From positions 5,084,001-5,148,000 of the forward strand of contig OX337229.1 in assembly GCA_946965045.2 (NCBI GenBank): a stretch of 64,000 nt of DNA, given 5' to 3'. How positions within the stretch are numbered: position 1 is the first letter of the stretch; each line of letters opens with the position of its first letter. The DNA is from Epithemia pelagica. Taxonomy: Eukaryota > Protista > Bacillariophyta. A program made the translations under genes and the position numbers. The notes below the pieces were generated by a model. It saw nothing but the letters and a program-made list of their open reading frames with translations. It searched no databases and had not been told where the DNA came from. This document shows positions 21,751 to 31,106 of the stretch, one piece after another.

Positions 21751-22527
21751 AATTCTCACCGTCTATGGTGGTTAGATTCTACATCTCATCGATTCCCCAT
21801 GTCACATAGCCTCGTGCTATCGCATCATGCCCTCTAGCTTCGAGCTATGTTTCCTAGCTTCGCGCTATATCGACCTATATTTCTTCGCAAATCATGAAAA
21901 GTGAGAATAGATTGACGAACTCACTCTCAAGACTAAACTGGGTCGTGCGGTATTACAACGGACATAAATTTGGCCGTTGCTCGGACATTATACTAACGCC
22001 CTAAACATACGCGCCCGAAATCATCGAGCGCACCCAAGCGACATCCGAGCGCTATCGGCATCTATCCGATCCAACGGTCTAAGTATCCCAAGCACGACAC
22101 ACGATCACGCGAGACCATATTTCCATTCCCACAATCTCCAAATTGTCAACAAGCTGCGCGCCATGAAAACAACTATGCCAACCCAAAGCAAGAGCTGTTG
22201 ACCCTGTATATGTTATCCGCCCACATATACATGTCATATACATCACATGAATCAACTCCAACTATTCCAAACCTGTTGCCGCCAAGAACCTATGACACAT
22301 GACCCTTGGCAGGACCGAACATTTCACGTAGACCTATCGTAGTAATCAACACACAATCTAACAATATCACCATTTATCACATCCTCTTTTGTGTCCCGAC
22401 TATCCTTCTGATAGACTTCGACTTGCTTGCTTCTCTGACCCTGAGAAGCTTGTATCGGTTGGTGACCTACCTGATTGTCTGCTCTACCGAGCATCAATGT
22501 CCCTACGATTCAGAAAGAATTGTAACA
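21745..22527 (+). repeat. 3' LTR (783 bp)
   Basis: Direct repeat of 14144-14926. Confidence 0.97.
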
Positions 22528-23695
22528 CGCCTCTCAAGCGTCGACATTGGTGCGCCGCGGCCGCTTGGACTTTGTGAGCGAGGACACTTCCAACTTGGAA
22601 TTTGGTGGTACGTTGGATTCCAACTCCAACACGGCTTCCAATGGCTGCTCGTCCAACACATTCTACGACGACTGTCCGGGTGTCACTGGAACCCGCGTCT
22701 ACACATCGTCCATTAGTGGTCCCTCCAATAAGGGACCCTGTTACGTTTTGAATGGCAACACTGTCACCTATTGCGGTCGATGGCGGCGTGAGTCCAACTG
22801 TGTGACGAGCAATAACGCCGGTTCCACGGTGACGACACCCACTGAATACGGTGCATCGACCCGCGTCCAACGGGTTGTGGCATCCACCACGGAACTAAGT
22901 GTCTTGCCAGTATCACGGACCTTGTCGGGTGCCTGTTCCGGAGTGTGCGTCGACCCCAACGATGCCAGTAACTTGATTTTTCCCTTGCAAGCCAGTTCCA
23001 CGTGTGCCGTGTCGGGGGCATGGGTAGCCGTCAATGACCATTACGACGACGTGTGTGCCGTCCAACAAACCTGCAATCGACTCGTGGTGAACCAGGGTTG
23101 TGAAGGAACTGGTACAGGGTCCCTCGCCGGAACCTACCGGCCCCTTGCCAATCCAGCCGCCGAATGCAATGGCGATTACGTCGATTTGACGCGATCCGTC
23201 TACGTCAACGACGACAACGACAAGTACCTCTTTTATCGTGCGACACAGGATGAATGGGTGTTCAACTCCTTTTGTTCCAGTCTGGGCAATAGCAAAGGCT
23301 ACTTTGATGGAGGCAATGAACCCTTTCTCAACACGGAAGCTGAAATCCAGTGCTACGACGAAGGGTTTGGCAGTAGCAAGTCCTACGACTGGACAACGCT
23401 GGAGCTGTCCTGTACCGAACAGTCGGGTGGAATTGAAAACAAGGGAGGTCTTGGAACCGGCGAGGATGGGGGCACTTTCAACCTTTCTTCGTCTGCTGCG
23501 AGCCGCATGAATGGCGCTGTATTCTCCAGTTGTCTCGTTCTTGTTGTGCTTGCAGTTGTCTCCATTTTGTAGAGAGCAACTCGATGAATCAGACTGAGTG
23601 GTTTGGCAGGGAGAACGATCAAACTACCGAAAGGTGGATTGAGGTTCTCCATAGTTAGGTAACCTTGCCTCTTGAGGATTGAGGAGTACTCCTAG

Positions 23696-23891
23696 TGCCT
23701 CGTCCCAGTGTGTACCCATTACACCCTTGGCGCGCTCTTTGGGTACACCATTTCAACTAGATAGAACATGACCAATATTAGGCCTACGACAACATGTGGA
23801 TGTCCAAAGTTAATCTTTAAGACATCCTCTGTCAACATTTGATACCCCATCACACCCATATATGACATATCTAGGTCATATGAGCGCCTCC
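23696..23891 (+). repeat. Left TIR of the piggyBac-like element
   Basis: Inverted, imperfect copy of 29968-30163. Example: GGGTACACCATTTCAACTAGATAGAACATGACCAATATTAGGCCTACG matches exactly. Confidence 0.92.
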
Positions 23892-23917
23892 TTTCGGGGG
23901 TTGTGCTCGATTTTAGG

Positions 23918-23957
23918 CATGTGGGGACATGTGGGGACATGTGGGGACATGTGGGGA
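23918..23957. repeat. Subterminal tandem repeat (CATGTGGGGA)x4
   Basis: Four perfect 10-bp units just inside the left TIR. Confidence 0.95.
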
Positions 23958-24268
23958 CAGTGCTGCGGAAGGTCCTATGACAGTCCTACGACCATGGACG
24001 GATGTCCAGATATTTTAGACATACTTTCTGCGCCATTTTGTGCCATGGTCGACTTCCAGAACATGTCCTGGATGGGCATATAGATAGATAGATGCGCGCT
24101 GCGCACCGCTCCGGCGCGTCAATTCGGAACCCGCGGCACGAAATTTCATGTGTGTTCTTTCTGCACCACCTGAAGATCTCAACAAAATTGTACGACGATG
24201 ACCGCCTTTCGAACAGTCCCCCTCGGGACTGTTTGATGCGATCCAAGCCTGCTGCACCCAAGCAATAC

Positions 24269-24300
24269 AAGCTTTGTGCAATGATCATTGCACAAAGCTT
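24269..24300. repeat. Perfect 32-bp palindrome upstream of the transposase start
   Basis: AAGCTTTGTGCAATGATCATTGCACAAAGCTT equals its own reverse complement. Confidence 0.97.
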
Positions 24301-24427
24301 CTATTTTTTGGTTGCAGCAGCGAAGAAGACGACGACGACAAATAACGACGGGGGTGGTAGAGATCACAAACAGGCAAGACAAACACCAACTTCTACGACA
24401 ATCAAAGTGGCAGAAACAACAACAACA

Positions 24428-27400
24428 ATGCCTGCATTAAGTCGCTTAGGTCCAGGGTCCAGGGCTTTTGTTAAGGGCAGCAAACCTGAGGAGCCTGTAT
24501 TGATTGTACGAGCCCTTGGAAGCAGGTCCTGGGAAGTGGAACGGCAAAACAGGAGCAATGGAACGAGAACGGGCGAGCTGATGAAAAAGACTTCTTACCA
24601 GCTAAGGAAGCCACTGCAAGGCGAGGCATTTCCTGGAGACAATGGTGGACCAAGGTATGCTGCGCGTGGTACTACTAATGCAAGTTCAACAGCTGCCTCG
24701 TCTTCTGGTGGAGGTGCCGTGGCAAACAACGCCAGCACTCAAGAGCAGGTGCTTGTCGAAGAAGCAAGTGGTGATGGGAATGAGGAGGTGGAAGTTGTGG
24801 TCCGTGGTGGTGACGAGCAGGGACAGCAGCAGCAACAGCAGGCGGTAGCGCAACCGGACGTGGAGCAAGAGGATGTTGTGCTGGTCATGAATGAAGGTGG
24901 CAGCAATGAACAAGTTGAAGTGCTTGTCGACGAACGAGCAACAAACAATCAGCACGAGACAAGAACCGAACAAACAACGGCCACTGAACAAACAACAAAC
25001 CGACAACAAACAACAAACCAACAAATCAGCACACCCACGTCTCCTCCTCTGCAACAAGCAGCTGCACAGATTGCACAGGCGCTGATGGAGGATTCCTCAT
25101 CAATCAGCAGTGAAAACATTCACGTGCCAAGAATGGAAAATGAGAACCAGCAGCAGAACAGCACTAACACTGGTCCTCCGCAGCTTCTTCCCGGTGGTAT
25201 CCATGTTGACAACGATGACGTCTCTGAAGTGTCCATGGACGATTACTTTACTGGGATGGAAGATTTCCCGTATTTCTTTGCGGACGACGAAGATGCCATT
25301 GACCCGAACAGTGCTGCACTCGCTCATGAGCTTGAACGCAGAGACGTGTACCGGGTCAAGCATCAGAAATATGTTGCAAGGAAGAAACAACTTGTCGACG
25401 AAAATTGGAAGGTTCACCTCGAAGCTCCAAAACGAAACGGAATTGAGATTGGTGATCTGGTATACAAAAAAGTCAATGGATCCACCATCAATCGGCATTA
25501 TGGTGTTGTTGTGGGGAAACATCCGGATAGTGTGCATGGAAACCCTCTGTGGAATGTCCAGTTTGATGGCGAGAACCACGTCGAGCAAGCACTTTCAGGG
25601 GGGAACCAAATCCGTTTGATACATGACAACCGAGCATTTACGTGGCAAATCGTTGATGGCGACACCAAGCCTGACAATCCGGTTGAAGAATTCCAGGACG
25701 TGGGAGTCATTGGATTTGATTTTCAACAATCCTTTTCGGCTGCAAACTTGTCCATCGACAATGAGCAGTACGATTTCCCATTCATGCGCCTTCTCCTTCA
25801 CTTGTGGCCCGGTAAGTGTTTGATTGCTAAGTGTCCTGGGGATTGCTTTGGATTCTTGTCGACTAACAGTCTGTATCATGTCTCAAAAGGGAGTTGGCGA
25901 CAACAACTCAACAAACTGAACCAAGCGATTGATGAGCGAAACGAGGGAAGGTTGCGAAGCCGCCATCTCCGGTCCGTGTCCGAGTTCGAGTGGTGGGCCT
26001 TTTGGGGCATCATCATTGGAGCTTCCCCTTGTCACAAAGGTGGCATCCAACTGTTTGATGACGCGCCTGCGTATCGCAAGTTCTCACCGTCCGTCAATGT
26101 GTCCAAAGGTGGAATGGACGTGATGTCAAAGACTCGGTTCTTTGACATCAAAGAGATCGTCCACCGGGCATTTGAGGGCGAGAACTCAGGCAACCCTTGG
26201 AACAAGATCCAGCCCTTAATTGATGGCTTCAACGAAAATCGCCATCAAACAGTTGCAACCTCGTCAACGGTGACGTTAGACGAGATCATGAGCCCGTTCC
26301 AACCGCGAACAACTCAATCGTCCACCCTCCCCCATCTTTCATATATCCAGCGAAAACCAAAACCGCTAGGTACAGAAATGAAGGTAAGTTGGTGCTTTTG
26401 CAGTTCTTGCGTTGGTGCTTCGAACTCATCCAGTTGATTGTTACTTGTTTGTTGGGTGTTTCTTGGCTACGTGTCTAAACAGGCTTCGGCGGACACTAAG
26501 ACAGGCTGCCTCGTCTTCCTTGAAATACAGGAAGGACAGATTCCCATGAAGCTCAAGAAGTTTGTTCCTGACCTGGGGGTCACAGCTGGTACGTCGCTTC
26601 GGTTGGTGGAGGGAATTCAGTTTTCGGGACAGTCAATCATCGAGCGTGTACAAGCCCAGAATGAGGGCAACATGCGGTCCCTGATTTGTGCAGACTCGTG
26701 GTTTGGTAGCGTGAAAATGGTTGAGGCAATGAAGTGCCTGCACCAGAAACCAAGGCAACCAACAGCTCGAGACCGTCGCTCCTACTTCGTGGCGGTTGAC
26801 AAAGAGCTTGGACAAAACAACAATGCACCCGAAGTTATCTGTGCGATCAAAACCAACACAGGTTGGTTTCCACAGGAGGAACTTCAGAAAGAGATGGAAG
26901 GGTATCCATCTGGAGCCTACCTAGTATTGGAATGCAAGGCCCCAGGTACCAACGTTGACCTGGTGGCCATTGGATACAAATACAATTCGCGGAAAACGCT
27001 TACCTTTGCGATGTCCAAGAATGCGGAGACAACCGAACCTGGCTACCCCTACATCGCCAGGTTCGCCGACGAGCACGGAAACGTGCGGGAGCGACGAGTG
27101 CTCCGTCCGAAATGCCTGTCCGTGTACTTTGGGGTTTCAAACATCATCGACGTACACAACCATTTCAGGCAAGGCATTCTGCGGTTGGAGATGCTTTGGA
27201 AGACGCCGAACCCGTGGTTCCGGCTTGTCTCAACGATAATCGGTGTCACCGTGGTTGATTGTCACATGGCAGTCAAGTTTCACTTGGGACGACAATTTGC
27301 AGGCTCATGTGGGATCGAACAGTTCGCAGATTGCCTCGCCTGGGATCTCACGCACAACAAATTCAACAAACAGATTGATCCGCATGCCACCATCCGTCCC

Positions 27401-27997
27401 AACATTGTGCCGAATTTCATGGGTCGCGGAGGTGATGGAACAGGAACCAACGACAGCATCGCTGAGTATGTTCGCATGATGCACAATGCATTCATGGCTC
27501 AACTTGGTTCTGGAGGTGTACCAGCAGGAATCATGAACCCACCATTCCCTGTTACTTCCCCTGCAGAGTCCTCGTTAACCAGCTCCAGCTCGTCCATTGC
27601 TGCAGACGATACGAGCGTCTCAACTGCTGGCGGAGCATTCTCGTTATGGTGCCTTCCTACCAGCCAATCGAGTGGATCATCATCGTCTCAGCATCCAACC
27701 GCTGACCACCGGCCAATCTACAATCCTGATAGGACCACCGATTCAGATGGGAAGCAACGGCCTAAGGGGCGTCGGTGTGTCATCTGTGGGTTTCAGACGC
27801 GATCCATTTGCGGGCATCCATCCTGTATGTCTCAGACGAGTATGCGCAAGGTGCAAGGATCCGAAGAAATGAAGGAAAGCTGCGGTGTCCCAATTTGCCG
27901 TGCCCACATTATCCGTCCTAAATTTAAACATCCGTGCATTCAAGAGCACATTATTCGGTTGGAAAAAGAGAGGGCACGACAGCAAAACGCAGAATGA
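24428..27997 (+). CDS. piggyBac-like (DDE_Tnp_1_7-type) transposase, 3 exons, ~1130 aa
   Basis: Exons 24428-25811, 25890-26383 and 26483-27997, with GTAAGT..AG introns (the first is in frame and stop-free). Catalytic-type motifs TLDEIM, ICADSWFGSV, IIDVHNHFRQ, plus RKPKPLGTEMK and a C-terminal Cys-rich domain (CVIC..C..C..CGVPIC). The frame is open upstream to 24092, so the start is uncertain. Confidence 0.88.
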
Positions 27998-28120
27998 CGC
28001 AACAACTTGTTCATGATATCTACGGAAATTACATATGATTAGGAAACAAACAGACCCATAGTTATAAGAATAATTCTACTATAGTTGATTTCATGTCACA
28101 GATCCTCTGCATTTGTAGCA

Positions 28121-28711
28121 CTACGGCAGCTTTTTGAGTATAGCATTGATGGAGTGCTGCGTCTTGTTCTCAGTGTCACTTCCTTCATTGCGATTTTTCT
28201 TCACGAGAGACAACAGCGTCGAAGCTCCAACAACACTCATTTTAAGAGTGATGACCATCGGCTCCATGGTCACTACAGTATTGAGAGAATGGGTGGTCTC
28301 CACAACAATCTTGGTCTTGACAATGCTTCCGGTGCTGGAGCGTAAGATCGAACCACTAAGTTCGTTCTTGATGTACGTGATTGGAATCACGAGATCAGGT
28401 ACGGAGTCGTCCATCTTTCCACGATAGAACAGGCGAATTGAGAGCTCGTTTGGGTGCATAGCAGACAAGTAGGATCGCTGCAAGAGTAGAACACCCCGAT
28501 CAACAATCAACCGCCCGTCAGTTGTTGCGTTTTGATTACTTGTCGCCGAGTTCATGTATGCATTGACGCCGGCTTCCCCAAACATTGTAACTGTTTCGCC
28601 AACCGCGTTGAGCTCTTGACCACCATCACACACGACGATGAATCCGTTCGCTAACTTCATTGTCTCAAATCTCTTGCTTTTAGTACTTCCTTCCAGTGCA
28701 GGTTGTGCCAT
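28121..28711 (-). CDS. Passenger ORF inside the piggyBac-like element (~196 aa), unknown function
   Basis: ORF is open from 28780. The likely start is 28711, just after a GTACGT..CAG intron-like segment in the leader. The sequence is non-repetitive and globular-looking. Confidence 0.55.
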   Translation of the reverse strand: MAQPALEGSTKSKRFETMKLANGFIVVCDGGQELNAVGETVTMFGEAGVNAYMNSATSNQNATTDGRLIVDRGVLLLQRSYLSAMHPNELSIRLFYRGKMDDSVPDLVIPITYIKNELSGSILRSSTGSIVKTKIVVETTHSLNTVVTMEPMVITLKMSVVGASTLLSLVKKNRNEGSDTENKTQHSINAILKKLP

Positions 28712-29071
28712 CTTTTCTGGATACAGTAGGGCGAGTGAAAATGTAAGAAACTGGCAACATCCAAGGTCAATCAACACCATTTCTGTACGTACCGGCGTAT
28801 GTTCAGTGTGGAGTTTGCAAAGGGGAGCTGTGGCTATTTGCTATAGCTGCTCCTGCTGTCTGGTTGTTGTTTGGGTTGTCGTTTTCTGTTTTGTGAGACA
28901 CTGGATTGTGGATCAGGTATTGGCGCCGTCCGTTGCGCAGCGCGCTCCAATTTTTTAAATAATAAAGTGAAGCGTCCGGCGCATACTCGGAACCTATTTG
29001 TTAACAAACACGACCCCATCATCTATAGTCGTCTCATTCATTTTCATGGAAGTGAAGAAGAACGAAGAACC

Positions 29072-29686
29072 ATGTCGACAATTATCAACGGCCGCCGCAT
29101 CAGTTTGCGGAATCGAGAACGAAACAAGGAAGGTAGCAGAGACGTCCTTCCATCGTCCAGTTCTGCTGTGCTTCGGTCCAACCCCCTACCAACCGGATCA
29201 CTTTTGTCCTCGTCCTCCTCGAAGCAGTCGAAAACGAAGAAAGCACCTACAAAGGGAAGGGTGACTGGCAACAACGTGAAGGGGGCCAAGCGGCAGGTGA
29301 AGGCCAAGAAAGCAATGGTAGTAGAGAAAAGCAACGATGGAAAACAGATCGAGGAGCAGAAGAGCAAGACGAAACAGGTTGTTGCGGAAAAACCACCCCC
29401 CAAGATCATTGTTGCAGCACCTGACAAGTTCGACCTTATGATGACGATGCATTGCAACCACAACAAGGAAAACAGTGGTGTATCCAACAATCTACCAAAG
29501 AATCAGTCCATGGAGGCATTGAGCGACAAAGAGACGTCTTGCGGCGGAATTGTTGCTTCCAAAGGCGACAGTGCTGGTGGGGAACCTAAGAATCGCAAAT
29601 CCAGCATCAGTGTGGACAGTAATCTGTCATTTGAGTTTGCCGAGACGCAGCAGGAGCCTTGTATCGCCTACAAGTTTGAGTACTAG
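29072..29686 (+). CDS. Second passenger ORF inside the piggyBac-like element, Lys/Ser-rich (~204 aa)
   Basis: ORF is open from 28871, likely start MSTIINGRR at 29072. It is divergent from the 28711 ORF. Confidence 0.5.
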   Translation: MSTIINGRRISLRNRERNKEGSRDVLPSSSSAVLRSNPLPTGSLLSSSSSKQSKTKKAPTKGRVTGNNVKGAKRQVKAKKAMVVEKSNDGKQIEEQKSKTKQVVAEKPPPKIIVAAPDKFDLMMTMHCNHNKENSGVSNNLPKNQSMEALSDKETSCGGIVASKGDSAGGEPKNRKSSISVDSNLSFEFAETQQEPCIAYKFEY

Positions 29687-29967
29687 AGTGAAAACGTAGC
29701 TTAAACATGTCTCCTTTATAAAATCTTCCATTGCCAAATATTTATCCAATAGTAGGAAATCCGCCACGTCGTTGCTTGGACAGACCTGTAGCATGTCGTG
29801 ATAGAGCCCGGACCAGAGAGTGACATCCCCAATCCATCAACAGCATACCACTTGTTGATTGGACAGCGCCATGGCACCCTATCATTGCCACAGGTTGCTC
29901 TCCAGTGGGATGGGTACATTGGGTGAAAGTGTGCCCAAACGTGCCGCACGCTGCACATGCCTCTAAT

Positions 29968-30163
29968 GGAGGCGCTCATATGACCTAGGTATGTCATATA
30001 TAGGTCTAATGGGGTATCAAATGTTGTTAGAGGATGTCCTAAAGATTAACTTTGAGCATCCACATGTTGCCGTAGGCCTAATATTGGTCATGTTCTATCT
30101 AGTTGAAATGGTGTACCCAAAGAGCGCTCCCGGGGCGTAATGGGTACACCCCGGGACGAGGCA
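29968..30163 (-). repeat. Right TIR of the piggyBac-like element
   Basis: Inverted copy of 23696-23891. Confidence 0.92.
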
Positions 30164-31106
30164 CTAGCTAGTAGCTTATCGACTACTCCCACGAACCATC
30201 AGTCATGAATTGAATGGTACATGTGACTGACGTGCGTAAACGTGGACAAAGTCACACCAGAAACTGGCCTTTGATTTTTTGTATGTGCAAAAAGTCCCCG
30301 TGCATGTACACTATGGTCAATAGTAACCGTTGATGTGATCGCTTCACTTCCGAATCATTGTAGTGTAGCGATCGTAGCTTTCAGAATTCACTCCTAAGCG
30401 TGTGTATTGGGCCCATTCATACTTTATCCAATGATTCATTTCCCCTTGAAGCACTGGAAATTGTTGTCTGCGACCGGATCTATCGTCTCCGCCACCTCAT
30501 TCCTCTCCCTCCAACAAACCCAGCATCTCTCTTCTGTTTGGGCCCCAAACAAAGAACAAGGATAGCAGCAGGCGGGGTGGAAAGACTCGTCCGTCTCGTC
30601 TCTCGTCTCTCGTCATCTCAAAGCGATCGTCTCTCTCTCGCAACTTTTGAACTCTCTGTTGCTGCCCCTTAGTCAAAGAGCCGCTGGATTAGAAGCCATT
30701 TTTGTGGACGAAACTTTGCATCAGAGAAAACGAAAAGTAATTCCTTTGCTGGTTGGGTCTCTTCATTTGTCAGCATTCCTTTCTTGACCTCTCCTCCTAT
30801 CATCTCTCTTTTGACTCTCGATAGTGGTTGTTTTCCTCTCCATAGAATATTGTGAGTATGACTGTCGCACTTCGCATGCGTTGCACCTTCGCCAAATTTG
30901 TATCTAATTCAGGAGAGCGGTCGCACCTCCTTTTCACGTTGCAGTTTGCCTCCCTCCTTGCTTTTCTTTTATCGATCAAGGCCTTGTGTATTTCATTTCG
31001 GATTTGGTCCATTCAGTTCCATTTCATCCTCAAGTCCCCCTTCCTTTTCCAGTGACACGACACTTGATACTTTGACTAGCCGAACCATCAGTGCTCCATC
31101 CACATA

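Larger units (their letters stand above)
14144..22527 (+). mobile_element. Full-length Ty1/Copia LTR retrotransposon of the diatom CoDi(I) type, 8384 bp
   Basis: Two 783-bp TG..CA LTRs, TSD CGCCT (14139-14143, 22528-22532), an uninterrupted gag-PR-IN-RT-RH ORF, and a short purine tract GGGGAG at 21739-21744. Confidence 0.98.
14104..23572 (+). pseudogene. Cys-rich secreted/GPI-type surface protein gene (~359 aa) interrupted after codon 13 by the Copia insertion
   Basis: Joining 14104-14143 to 22533-23572 (one TSD copy kept) gives one ORF: MRFILFLFLLPIASQASTLVRRGRLDF...SSSAASRMNGAVFSSCLVLVVLAVVSIL*. It has an N-terminal signal peptide and a C-terminal hydrophobic tail. Confidence 0.9.
23696..30163 (+). 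mobile_element. piggyBac-like DNA transposon (~6.47 kb) with long TIRs, flanked by CTAG
   Basis: Ends are CTAG|TGCCTCGTCCC...GGGACGAGGCA|CTAG, with imperfect ~196-bp TIRs. It contains a DDD transposase gene and two other ORFs. Confidence 0.9.
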
